Shown in pieces: positions 18,404 to 27,806 of a stretch of DNA of 64,000 nt. The translations under genes were made by a program, and so were the position numbers. A model generated the notes under the pieces. The model ran no database searches and was not told the origin of the DNA. It was given only the letters and a program-made list of their open reading frames with translations. How positions within the stretch are numbered: the first letter of the stretch is position 1; each line of letters opens with the position of its first letter. The DNA comes from a virus (lineage: Duplodnaviria > Caudoviricetes): positions 138,827 to 202,826 of the IMG/VR virus record IMGVR_UViG_3300014205_000175; one strand, given 5' to 3'.

Positions 18404-18413
18404 GGAGTAAAAA

Positions 18414-19130
18414 ATGACGTGGGAAGAATTCGATGTAGGTACCGATCCTAGCCCACCGAAACCAGCATCGCAGTCTTATCCGTCTAAAAGTTACGGTGGG
18501 CAAGGTGGTGGTCAAGGAAGCTGGAATAGTAACCGTCAAGGTGGCGGTGGTAATAACTGGGGCAATAAATCCAAGTTCCAAAAACGTCCGCCGCAAGAAG
18601 AAGGGCCAGCAGAGCTTTATCTGCCGTACGTCGTAGTTTTCAATCAAGACATGCCTGAGGCAAGTAAGTCGCTACTAGAAGGGGTGGTGCGGCGTTTGGA
18701 TGAAGCTGGCTATACGTTGCGTATGGGTGGCAATACCGGTCCTGAAGAAGATTTTGAAAAACTCTCCAAACGTGTCGAATTACATCTACCTTGGCGTGGT
18801 TTTAATCAAAAAGAGAGCAAATCTACTTTTAATACCAAGAACGCTTTTGAAATCGCTAAAACGTTCTCACCGGTCTACGATAAGTTTTCTGACCCTATCA
18901 AGGCAATGCTCGCACGCAATGTCCGTTTAGTGTTAGGTAAAGAGCTCAAAAGCCCAACCCTACTGCTAGTGACATGGAGTGCTGATGGAGCTGAGAGTGC
19001 AGCTGAGCGCACCGCTAGAACCGGTAACGTCGGTCATGTCATCGCTATGGCCTCAGCACTACGTGTACCAGTTTTTAATCTAGCCAAAGCAAATACTCTG
19101 GAGCGCATCCAGCAGTATCTTTCCCAATAA
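18414..19130 (+). CDS. SLOG/DprA-like nucleotide-binding protein with a Gly/Asn/Gln-rich N-terminus
   Basis: LRMGGNTGPE, HLPWRGFN, LARNVRLVLG, TGNVGHVIAMA...VPVFNL. Confidence 0.65.
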   Translation: MTWEEFDVGTDPSPPKPASQSYPSKSYGGQGGGQGSWNSNRQGGGGNNWGNKSKFQKRPPQEEGPAELYLPYVVVFNQDMPEASKSLLEGVVRRLDEAGYTLRMGGNTGPEEDFEKLSKRVELHLPWRGFNQKESKSTFNTKNAFEIAKTFSPVYDKFSDPIKAMLARNVRLVLGKELKSPTLLLVTWSADGAESAAERTARTGNVGHVIAMASALRVPVFNLAKANTLERIQQYLSQ

Positions 19131-19148
19131 TTCAACAGGAGCTTTAAG

Positions 19149-19823
19149 ATGGCGAAAACCCCCGAAGTCAAAGATCAAGGCACCGAGGTTCAAGCAACCG
19201 AACCGGTAGCTGCAGTCACAGTAGAAAATACGGCAACCGCTGCATCTCCCGAACCTGTAGCGCCAGTAGTTACAACCGCTACTAGCGAAGTCAGCAGCAA
19301 CGTCACCACCACTGTCGCTCAGGCACCGGTGCAGGTGGCTGGTGTCAAAAAAGCTGGCATGGATTTTGAGCAACGTATCGCCGATCTCAAAACCAACGGT
19401 ACGCCGAACCAGAAAACTGTTATCGCTGAGATCGAAACCTATTTGGATCGCATGCGTCCGGGCCGTCCGCTGAGCGGAGACGTTGGGGCGAGCTACCAGT
19501 TTAGTTTCTGGATGACTCTGTCGAAGATCGTGCACCGTATGCCGCACGATGAATTCAAGAATTTGTGGTCGCTTGTGCTGTCGTACTTTCATCAGTATCG
19601 CGATGGTGCATTCAGTGATCGATACATCTATCGGTTTGCTGAGTTCTGGTCGCAGCCCGAGAAACAACTCAACGCTTATCAACGGCTAGTCAATCTCATC
19701 AAAGTAACCGCAGACCCACTCACGCGTGAGCGCGGTTTACGGCAAGTCAGCATGGAGCGCACGCTCTCTGAAGGCTTTGACGAAGCAGCACGTCAGCGCA
19801 TCATTGGTTTTTATCAGCGTTAA
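19149..19823 (+). CDS. Hypothetical protein with a low-complexity Thr/Ala/Val N-terminus
   Basis: 224 aa, AGGAG RBS. Confidence 0.7.
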   Translation: MAKTPEVKDQGTEVQATEPVAAVTVENTATAASPEPVAPVVTTATSEVSSNVTTTVAQAPVQVAGVKKAGMDFEQRIADLKTNGTPNQKTVIAEIETYLDRMRPGRPLSGDVGASYQFSFWMTLSKIVHRMPHDEFKNLWSLVLSYFHQYRDGAFSDRYIYRFAEFWSQPEKQLNAYQRLVNLIKVTADPLTRERGLRQVSMERTLSEGFDEAARQRIIGFYQR

Positions 19824-19836
19824 TATCACGCACTGA

Positions 19837-19873
19837 ATCATCACCCGGAGCCTAATGAGCTTCGGGTGATGAT
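19837..19873. repeat. 15-bp-stem hairpin with a CTAATGA loop
   Basis: ATCATCACCCGGAGC-CTAATGA-GCTTCGGGTGATGAT. Confidence 0.8.
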
Positions 19874-19949
19874 CGTGTTTGTGGGAGATTTTTCTAACGT
19901 AGGGATAATCTGATGAAGAATTAAAAAAATAGTAAAGAGGGAGTGTATT

Positions 19950-20783
19950 ATGGCCATAGGGTTAAAGATATATAAGGTTAACAGTATTCCTACGGTATTG
20001 GTTCCGTCGGCGCTGTATTTGGTGCGTGATCCTACTACTTTGAGTCTGAGTGTTTTTGTCAGCGACAACACAGGCACAACATTGCACGGTATACAAACGG
20101 TAGAACTCGAAGGTGAGAGTTTGTTAAGTTTCATCAATAGTCTTAAAGATCAACCCGGTGGTATCGCCGGCATTGATCAGAATGACATTATGTCTTCAGC
20201 CGTACGTCTTAATGGTCAGGATAATCTCATTGTTACTTCTGGTAATGGCAGGGTGTGGTATGATCTGACTTCGAACTTCATCGTGCGTAACTTTAATGGA
20301 GGAAATAATCCTTCGTTTGGGGTCGTGCAGGGTAATCTGCAAGGGTTGTTATTTAGTGCCACAACAATGAACCAAGTGTGGTGCGATTATCATATCTCGC
20401 ACGATATTGCATTAGGAACGAAACTCTACCCGCACGTGCATTGGATGCCTATTACCGATGATGTTGGTGTCGTACGATGGGGTATAGAGTATACGGTAGC
20501 CAAAGGGCATCAGCAGCAGTCTTTCCATTCGCCGGTGACGGTATATGTGACGCAGCATATTACGACTCCGTCACGTTTTTTGCATTGTATTGCAGAAGTC
20601 TCGGAGTTAGATGCCGTCCCAGCGATTAATGTTGAACCTGATTCATTTGTTAAAATACGTGTTTTTCGTGATGCTGTCAATGATAGTTACCCGGCAGCCA
20701 TACACGCATGGCACTGTGATTTGCATTACCAGATAGAGCGAACAGGTACGATCAACCGCGCTCCTAACTTCTACGGTGAATGA
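19950..20783 (+). CDS. Putative tail-fibre/appendage protein
   Basis: N-terminus KIYKVNSIPTVLVPSALYLV is shared with 57812 and 58481. GGIAGID fibre-like motif and a beta-rich C-terminal domain. Confidence 0.55.
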   Translation: MAIGLKIYKVNSIPTVLVPSALYLVRDPTTLSLSVFVSDNTGTTLHGIQTVELEGESLLSFINSLKDQPGGIAGIDQNDIMSSAVRLNGQDNLIVTSGNGRVWYDLTSNFIVRNFNGGNNPSFGVVQGNLQGLLFSATTMNQVWCDYHISHDIALGTKLYPHVHWMPITDDVGVVRWGIEYTVAKGHQQQSFHSPVTVYVTQHITTPSRFLHCIAEVSELDAVPAINVEPDSFVKIRVFRDAVNDSYPAAIHAWHCDLHYQIERTGTINRAPNFYGE

Positions 20784-21384
20784 GATGCATGATAACATTT
20801 TTGCTCGTATAGATGGCGGTGTGATCGTTCAGTATCCTCTTAATATCGACGACATCAACCAACGTAATATTCCAACCGACGTTTATTTACCGTGTTACTT
20901 TTCCGAAGACCACGCGTCGATAGCAGCGCGATTAAAACTATCTGAGAAAATTCTTTATTATCCGAAGATTGTAGGGACTGTCGTATATGTTGATTGCTGC
21001 ACAGTGAAAAAAACTATCGTCGAGATGTTTGATTATCTGCACCAAGTAGCATTACGTCTAGATGCCGAGAATAACCCCTACATTGACCGGATACTAGTGA
21101 CATCACAGATCTACAGTGCTTTTGAAGAAGTTATCAAAGAGCACGTCAGTGCTGAGTTAAATACCTTTGCACGCACACGAGGCTATGATGATCTACGCTC
21201 AGTGTGCACGTATTATAACTCTAGTAACCCAACCTATCAAACCGAAGCTACGCGTGCTATCTATCTACGCGATGAGACATGGTCAACGCTGTATCAGTAT
21301 TTTCAAGATGTTCAAACCGGAACTGCTGAGATCCCGGTGTATTGGAGTGAGATACAAGTTATGCTGCCACAGCTCACATGGTAG
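20776..21384 (+). CDS. Tail fibre assembly chaperone-like protein
   Basis: LNTFARTRGYDD...YQTEA...RDETW...LPQLTW. Paralogue of 58734-59312. Confidence 0.6.
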   Translation: MNEMHDNIFARIDGGVIVQYPLNIDDINQRNIPTDVYLPCYFSEDHASIAARLKLSEKILYYPKIVGTVVYVDCCTVKKTIVEMFDYLHQVALRLDAENNPYIDRILVTSQIYSAFEEVIKEHVSAELNTFARTRGYDDLRSVCTYYNSSNPTYQTEATRAIYLRDETWSTLYQYFQDVQTGTAEIPVYWSEIQVMLPQLTW

Positions 21385-21437
21385 CATTGCCAGCACAATA
21401 ATAACAAAGTACCTTGGTTAATGGAATTTAACTGAGT

Positions 21438-21454
21438 CACATATATAGTACATG
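21438..21454 (+). promoter_or_regulatory. Candidate early promoter, copy 3
   Basis: CACATATATAGTACATG. Confidence 0.6.
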
Positions 21455-21892
21455 AATCAAACCTCAGAGGGCAAAATGATTATATCCGTCGGTAATCCTG
21501 GTGTGAAGAACTCGTTTTACGAGGGTGTTTTTAAACATATTCCGCCAGAGATGATTTTTGTCTTTGGTAGTAATTTAGCCGGTCGGCATGGTAAGGGGGC
21601 AGCCTTAACAGCTAGGCAGCAGTATGGTGCTGAATACGGCGTAGGTATCGGTTTAACTGGGCAGAGCTATGCTATCCCTACCAAAGATCATGAAATTCGC
21701 CCACTCCCGCTAGCAGTAGTGTCGCATCACATCGCTGAATTTGTCAAGTTTAGTAAGCAGGGTCAGCACAATTTCTATGTCACTCCGGTAGGCACTGGGT
21801 TGGCGGGATTTTCTCACGCGATGATTGCACCGCTCTTTCGTGGTTCGATCAATTGCTGGTTTCCTAGAGAGTGGGAGAAATACTTAAGATGA
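21452..21892 (+). CDS. Macrodomain-like protein (A1S_2505-type phage family)
   Basis: IFVFGSNLAGRHGKGAA, SYAIPTK, TPVGTGLAG. The start may be 21476. Confidence 0.7.
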   Translation: MNQTSEGKMIISVGNPGVKNSFYEGVFKHIPPEMIFVFGSNLAGRHGKGAALTARQQYGAEYGVGIGLTGQSYAIPTKDHEIRPLPLAVVSHHIAEFVKFSKQGQHNFYVTPVGTGLAGFSHAMIAPLFRGSINCWFPREWEKYLR

Positions 21893-21937
21893 CGACATAA
21901 TATGGAATTTTCCATACTACGTAAAGGGGTACTAGTC

Positions 21938-22552
21938 ATGCGGTTTATTTTGATTGCCTTGATGGTATTTTTAACTACGGGATGCGCGACTAGTTATGAT
22001 AAATATCATCAAGCAGTAGATAAGGCTAATCAACGCGCTGTAGAGATACAAACGGCTAAGTCTCAAGCAGATGCTGCTAAATATGCCGCTTTGTCGCAGA
22101 TCGCAGCTACTGGAGACACTACTGCCAGAGTAGCCGTTGCTATGGCTATTGCATTTAGTCAAGCCAACCAGCAAAGTGTTCAAACCCATGCTCCTGCACG
22201 TCCTGAAAATGAAGTCAGGGAATGGGCGAAGATCGTAGTCCCTACCGTGGGTAGTATGGGGTTGGGATATTTTCAAATGCGTCAAGGCATAGCTGCTAGT
22301 GAGGCTCAGCGAGATGTAGCTGTCAGTACCAATGCTGCTTTTCAGGGCATGGGAGAGAGCATCGGTCAAGCTGGTGTGGCCGGTTATCAATATATCCAAT
22401 CACCGCAAGCTAACACCACCATCGGCGGTAGTGTAGTAGGTGGTGATCAGGTAGGTGACTATAGCGGCGAGATGTCTGGCAATAGCGGTGAGTTAGTAAC
22501 TGGTGGATATACATCTACCATCACTGAAACTGAAGAAGTAGCAGCGGAGTAA
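21938..22552 (+). CDS. Lipoprotein
   Basis: Signal peptide with lipobox LTTG-C, Ala-rich coiled coil, Gly-rich tail. Confidence 0.7.
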   Translation: MRFILIALMVFLTTGCATSYDKYHQAVDKANQRAVEIQTAKSQADAAKYAALSQIAATGDTTARVAVAMAIAFSQANQQSVQTHAPARPENEVREWAKIVVPTVGSMGLGYFQMRQGIAASEAQRDVAVSTNAAFQGMGESIGQAGVAGYQYIQSPQANTTIGGSVVGGDQVGDYSGEMSGNSGELVTGGYTSTITETEEVAAE

Positions 22553-22624
22553 ATAAAAATACCCCTCCTAGCCATTAATGAGCTGGGAGGGGTGTAATAT
22601 CTATTTTTGAAAAAAGGGAGTGTC

Positions 22625-22981
22625 GTGAAAGTTATTTTCGTCTTGTCAAAAGAACAGCTAGTATGTGCCATGGAGTTAGCTTATACTAATGAAATCAGTT
22701 ATCAGCCACCGACAGGAGAATGGGTGTGGGCTGGTAATTTAGGAGGATGGTTGCAAGAGGGTTCTCAACCTTTTACTAGTGGCTACCTGGCTCTAGAATC
22801 AGACAGAATGGTGTATGAGGGTGAAGTCTGTGCACTGACTAAAACCGTGTTAATCGATATCATGGAGGAGATATTCGGTTGTTCGGTTACTGAAGCTGGT
22901 GAGCCGTTTTATTACGAAGCTGTATCTACGGATGCAAGCTGGTATGAAGATTCGAACCTACGGATGTCAGAGTTTAACTAG
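22625..22981 (+). CDS. Acidic hypothetical protein
   Basis: GTG start after a GGGAG RBS. Confidence 0.5.
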   Translation: MKVIFVLSKEQLVCAMELAYTNEISYQPPTGEWVWAGNLGGWLQEGSQPFTSGYLALESDRMVYEGEVCALTKTVLIDIMEEIFGCSVTEAGEPFYYEAVSTDASWYEDSNLRMSEFN

Positions 22982-23097
22982 CAGGATGCAGTGAACTATG
23001 GTTAGATGGGATGGTTTCAGAACGTGTTTAATAAAAAAATACCTAGTTGCATTAGTGAGGGTATTTTTTTTTTATGAGTAAAAATCCTAACTCACGC

Positions 23098-23140
23098 CTA
23101 CTTCCTTCAGCTAGCTTGTGAGGCTAGCTGAAGGAAGTAG
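23098..23140. terminator. Perfect 18-bp-stem hairpin at the 3' end of the DNA polymerase gene
   Basis: CTACTTCCTTCAGCTAGC-TTGTGAG-GCTAGCTGAAGGAAGTAG. Confidence 0.7.
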
Positions 23141-23147
23141 ATAATGT

Positions 23148-24818
23148 TCAGTGTTTATTAGCTAGGTACAGCTCTAATGCTTCTTGCGGTTTAGGAAGCT
23201 TAAACATGGTGATGCCGTATTCTAGTGCGTTGACTGGTCCGGACATGAGGTTAATGTTCTGCATACGAAACACATCTTCACTAACTCCTTTGACGTTGAT
23301 GAGTTCGCGCCGTGTAGTTTCTTTACTAACTGACAACGATGTGATCGCCGTAGGATATGCAGCGACTGCATCCGAGTCATATACCATACAGCGAATATTG
23401 GTGGAAATGTTTTGATTACCGGCAATAACCGGTAGACCGTGCACTTGAAGCTCAGCTGGGAGCGTAACAATCCAACCTTTGAGCCCTAGTCCTTCATCTT
23501 CCTCCTCATCCTCATCATCGCTGTAACCCACACTACCTAACACGAAACTTCGGTCCATGCAGTAAAAGTGCAGTGCATCTGCAATGCGTTTAGGCTGTGA
23601 GTTGAACTTCTGAAACTCTGTCACGCCGGCGAATTCAGGTACTGTGAATGACAAGTCTTTGGTTTTATCATCGAGCTCCAACATTGACAAGCAGTCGTAG
23701 CGGTTATACACGATGTATTCGACTGGATAGTTCTCCTGCATGAAATCGTGCCAGCGCAGCCCAGAATATTCATCGGCTTGTTCAAAGGTGAGTTTGCGAC
23801 TACTGAGTTCTTTATTAAGAATCGCATCGAGTGCATAGCTCGGCTCTTCAGCTTTCGATAACCGTAGCTGTTTATACACACACATTGCATCGAGTACGTA
23901 AAAGCCTGCTGTCAAAATAAAAGTATGCCATCTGGCAGCTGGGCTGATGGGCGTGACTTTACCACTGGCAGTGACTTTCTTTTTTCTGCCTTCTTTGTAT
24001 TTACAGATCCGTGCTACTTCAGGGACATTGGGATCGCACAATACGTCAGTGGCTTTGACACGGTGGCGTTCTAACATCTCTAGTACTTTCGGGATGTCAT
24101 AGTCCATGTTCCAGATCGCCAATATATCGGGTGACCATTGATGGGCTTTGGCAAAAACGTGACGAATCAGCTCGACTTCGCTATCGAACACTTCAACTTC
24201 GTCTTCGAGCCGGTCACGGTACTGTGGTAGATAACGATGCATTGCTGCACGCAGTGACATTTTTAGATCTCCGATACCCGAGACCAAATCGCGTAGCACC
24301 CCAGTATAGACTCGGTTACGAAAAGCGATCGTCGCCATCTTGACGATCGTCACACCGTTGACGAGCTTGGTTTCAATGTCGAAACTAGCAATGTTGTAAG
24401 GGCTGATATGATCGGGGTACTTTTGCATGTAGTTATGCCGGATTAATGACGCGCTACTGATATCGATACCATAGACGTACGGCGAAGCGGCGAGTTTTTT
24501 CAAGTGATCATTAGTGTACGTGAGCTCTAATGCTTTGGCGACATGATCGCGTAGCTGACTCTCGGTGCACTCGTACTCAACTAGATTGTCCAAGTGTTCC
24601 CATTCTTTTTTCTGGGTATGGCTACGTTTGGATTTGTTGGTAACCCAGAACTTGCGACGAAAGTCCTTGACCAGTCGCACGTTTGGCGTGATGCTACCAT
24701 CTGACCAATGTTGCTGCTCTTTAATCAGATGGAGATCAGGGCGGACATTATATCGTTCCGGAATATGAATGGCAAATTTGCATTCCCGTGCTACGATAGT
24801 CGGTTTCATGTTATTCAT
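23148..24818 (-). CDS. Split family B DNA polymerase, exonuclease plus motif A subunit (phiKZ gp82-like)
   Basis: ExoI SFDIET, ExoII WNMDYDI, ExoIII YNRYDC, motif A DSDAVAAYPT. No motifs B or C. Confidence 0.85.
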   Translation of the reverse strand: MNNMKPTIVARECKFAIHIPERYNVRPDLHLIKEQQHWSDGSITPNVRLVKDFRRKFWVTNKSKRSHTQKKEWEHLDNLVEYECTESQLRDHVAKALELTYTNDHLKKLAASPYVYGIDISSASLIRHNYMQKYPDHISPYNIASFDIETKLVNGVTIVKMATIAFRNRVYTGVLRDLVSGIGDLKMSLRAAMHRYLPQYRDRLEDEVEVFDSEVELIRHVFAKAHQWSPDILAIWNMDYDIPKVLEMLERHRVKATDVLCDPNVPEVARICKYKEGRKKKVTASGKVTPISPAARWHTFILTAGFYVLDAMCVYKQLRLSKAEEPSYALDAILNKELSSRKLTFEQADEYSGLRWHDFMQENYPVEYIVYNRYDCLSMLELDDKTKDLSFTVPEFAGVTEFQKFNSQPKRIADALHFYCMDRSFVLGSVGYSDDEDEEEDEGLGLKGWIVTLPAELQVHGLPVIAGNQNISTNIRCMVYDSDAVAAYPTAITSLSVSKETTRRELINVKGVSEDVFRMQNINLMSGPVNALEYGITMFKLPKPQEALELYLANKH

Positions 24819-24885
24819 GCCTTATGTGAAGTCCTGGTCAGAGGATATTTCTCATCTCTAATTTTTCCCCCCTAAGGAAATAGCT

Positions 24886-26232
24886 ATGTTCAAAAATCGC
24901 CCCGGTTCACGCATCAAAATCGCGCAGGAGTATATCTCCGAACAAAAAGACGGTTTCGGTCGTCAGGTCGAAGTGGTGTTTGAAGAAATCATCGACTATA
25001 CTAAGTCGCATCCGAAAGAAAGTGCTCAGCAGATGGTGAAAACTCTGCCGCAGTTTCGCCTGCTGGAAGAGATTACGTTCAAGCGTTTTGGGCTGCGCAT
25101 CTCGATCGTGCATAATGCCTATACGCTGATGGGTGTGTTGCCGATGTTGCTGAACAAATACCATACCTTTCTTAACCAAGGATTACATGGTTTCTCCGGC
25201 ATCGAAGCCCAAGAGACCGTGATGAAAGGTTGGGGTGAGCAAGAAGGTACGATCAATCTCAAGAAAGCCAAAGTCGGCGGTATGTTCAGCACTTATGTGC
25301 ATACGTTCTTTATCAACACTGCCGCCCTCATCGGTGAAGTCGATCTGAACGCCAAAGAACTCACTGCAGCATATCTACACGAGATCGGTCATCTTTTTAA
25401 CAACTACGAGTTCTCTAACCGCTTGGAAGCGAGCAACACGCTAATGGCGAACCTCGCGCAAGAGCTCAAGCACCCGAGCGATGATAAGAAGCTCACTTAT
25501 CTCTATAAAGAATATCTCGATCTGACTGGCAACAGCGACGATCGTGATCTGCTCACCTCGGGTAAATCGCGCGTAGTCATCGGTAGCCGTATTTTCAAAG
25601 GCTACTTCGGTTACGTTAAATCCCAGTGGCCTAATTCCAAATACATGGAAACCAACTCGGAAGCATCCGCCGATCTGTTCGCTGCACGTTTTGGTTACGG
25701 TCGTGATCTAGTCATCGGCATGTACAAGATCAATGAGAAGTATAGCTTCGAACATAGCCCGCGGCTACTGAGCTACATGTCGTTTATCACCGACGTGATG
25801 CTCCTTGGGTTGCCGTTAGTGGCAGCTGGATTTAGCATCGCGGTTGGTGCCATCCCTCTCGGATTAGTGATGTTGCTGATGCTCGGTATGAACATGTATA
25901 ATACCGGTAAAGATTTGCATGACATGACGTATGATGATCTTAAAGACCGTTACCTACGCATTCGTCAACAATACGTACAGATGTTAAAAGATGGCGATAT
26001 CGACCGCGCTGCGGCAGAATCGGTGTTGGAGAGCATTTATGCGACGGATCGTATCATTAAATCTACTGGTTCATTCAAACCGTTAGTGACGCGTCTGGGT
26101 AACATTGTCTTTAGTCGGCATCGTAATGCTGATAATGACATCCAGCTACAACGACTCATCGAAGAGCTCGCGCATAATGAGCTTTTCATCAAAGCCACTG
26201 AGTTTAATCTTGCTGTAAAAGCTGCCGCCTAA
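24886..26232 (+). CDS. Putative virion protein with a zincin HExxH motif and a hydrophobic hairpin
   Basis: YLHEIGH...EASADLFAARFGYG and a long hydrophobic stretch. First gene of the phiKZ-like structural block. Confidence 0.65.
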   Translation: MFKNRPGSRIKIAQEYISEQKDGFGRQVEVVFEEIIDYTKSHPKESAQQMVKTLPQFRLLEEITFKRFGLRISIVHNAYTLMGVLPMLLNKYHTFLNQGLHGFSGIEAQETVMKGWGEQEGTINLKKAKVGGMFSTYVHTFFINTAALIGEVDLNAKELTAAYLHEIGHLFNNYEFSNRLEASNTLMANLAQELKHPSDDKKLTYLYKEYLDLTGNSDDRDLLTSGKSRVVIGSRIFKGYFGYVKSQWPNSKYMETNSEASADLFAARFGYGRDLVIGMYKINEKYSFEHSPRLLSYMSFITDVMLLGLPLVAAGFSIAVGAIPLGLVMLLMLGMNMYNTGKDLHDMTYDDLKDRYLRIRQQYVQMLKDGDIDRAAAESVLESIYATDRIIKSTGSFKPLVTRLGNIVFSRHRNADNDIQLQRLIEELAHNELFIKATEFNLAVKAAA

Positions 26233-26251
26233 CCTGACAGGAGTTTTTAAG

Positions 26252-26725
26252 ATGTATCTTTTCGCTAAACTTAACAAGGACTCGCAAGAGTTTGTCACGC
26301 GTCTGACCAATTCCGGCACCAGCCGCAAAAAGCTTGTGAGCTACTGTATCGGTAAAGCCATCGCGGATGAGCTACCGATGTGTGCACAAGCGCAAACCGA
26401 TATCCGTCAGTTCTTTCGCCTGACGCTGGAGATGAACGTCTCACGTACCCTCTCCGCAATCAATGAGCTCATCGTTATCGATCCGCTCGTGGTGATCGAA
26501 TATGTACGTAACATTTATATTTGGCGCTACCGTATCGCGTTTGATCCGCCGATGGCTATGTGTTCTAACAAAGACACGGTAACGGCGGATTTTCTGAGTT
26601 TCTCGCAGTACGTCGATCGTGATACCATCGCCACGACGGAAGAGGATTTCTTTACTGCGATGCGTGTCTACAATAGTGCCCGTAGCCTCTATCGCGATCT
26701 ACGCAGCACCGAGGTTCCGGCATGA
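26252..26725 (+). CDS. Putative virion structural protein
   Basis: 157 aa, AGGAG RBS, structural block position. Confidence 0.6.
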   Translation: MYLFAKLNKDSQEFVTRLTNSGTSRKKLVSYCIGKAIADELPMCAQAQTDIRQFFRLTLEMNVSRTLSAINELIVIDPLVVIEYVRNIYIWRYRIAFDPPMAMCSNKDTVTADFLSFSQYVDRDTIATTEEDFFTAMRVYNSARSLYRDLRSTEVPA

Positions 26726-27753
26726 ATCTTTTCAGTGATTTGAAAGCTGATCTGGACCCGGATGTACAACTAGAGAACCTGCATGTGATTTCACAGGCTA
26801 TTAGTACCGCTACACCCCCTCTAGATGTCGAAATCCGGCTGTCTGAGCGGTTAACGGCGATCGAAGCTATCTGTATTAGGATCGATGATCTGCGCGGCTT
26901 GAGCGAGCATCTAGTCAGTCACGGTACGATCTCACAAGAATCGGCACAGCTGATCGAAACTATGCGACCGGGGTTTTTTCACAGTCGTCGTGTGATCGGG
27001 CAATTCACCAAAGAACCTAGCCGGGCATTTTTAGCCGAAGGCACGAGTTACGTAAGTCAACAACTCGCACTTGAAACTGCAGCACTAAACGCTGCTGAAG
27101 CTGAAATGCTCGAAGAGACTGTCGGTGAGCTAAGGATGCTGGCTGATTACTATGAGAAACGCTATAAACCTACCTTGGAGTTGATGGTACGCGATATCAA
27201 AACCACTTACCGTGCTCTACTAGCTGCGTATAGTGACAGTCACGATCTTGTTGTCATGGCTGGTAATAGTTCGATGGCACTGCTCGACACACCGCTAGCA
27301 GTAATTGCAGCTGCGGATGTGCATTCTGATCGTGCTGCTCATCTCGTGCCAGCCTTTTTAGCGGCTACGAATGCTGTCTTGGAAGTGCTAAAGTCTTATC
27401 AGCTCCAACAGCATTTGCAAGAACTCAGCGGCTGTGAACGAATGGCATTAGAACGCGATGAGCTTACTTACCGACTGTTACTAGATATCTATGCTGGTGA
27501 GCGCATCACTATGATCCTTGATGAACAGCATCTGCAGCTATGCGATTGTGTTGAACAGTTTATCAAGTTCAAAGATCAAGCAGCTGGACATGATATGTCG
27601 ACTGAAGGTGGAGAGGAGTTCTTACGCCAGAATGTCGCTACCATTCGTAACTTCAATGAGACGGTGCTGTATGTCAAAGCCACGGTTAGCAATATGACCT
27701 TACTAAATGTGGCTATTAAACCGGCCTTGACGTATCTGAATCATCTTCTGTAA
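26722..27753 (+). CDS. Putative internal head protein
   Basis: 343 aa, helical, with ALE and STE prohead-protease-type motifs. Confidence 0.6.
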   Translation: MNLFSDLKADLDPDVQLENLHVISQAISTATPPLDVEIRLSERLTAIEAICIRIDDLRGLSEHLVSHGTISQESAQLIETMRPGFFHSRRVIGQFTKEPSRAFLAEGTSYVSQQLALETAALNAAEAEMLEETVGELRMLADYYEKRYKPTLELMVRDIKTTYRALLAAYSDSHDLVVMAGNSSMALLDTPLAVIAAADVHSDRAAHLVPAFLAATNAVLEVLKSYQLQQHLQELSGCERMALERDELTYRLLLDIYAGERITMILDEQHLQLCDCVEQFIKFKDQAAGHDMSTEGGEEFLRQNVATIRNFNETVLYVKATVSNMTLLNVAIKPALTYLNHLL

Positions 27754-27756
27754 TAA

Positions 27757-27802
27757 ACCCTCTCCCTCCTGCCCCCGTTTAGGAAGGCAGGAGGGAGAGG
27801 GT
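27757..27802. terminator. Hairpin between convergent genes
   Basis: ACCCTCTCCCTCCTGCC...GGCAGGAGGGAGAGGGT. Confidence 0.7.
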
Positions 27803-27806
27803 AGAA

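Noticed and set aside
23148-24818. DNA polymerase pseudogene
   Set aside because: The ORF is intact, and a split PolB is normal in phiKZ-like phages. The other half is presumably outside the window.
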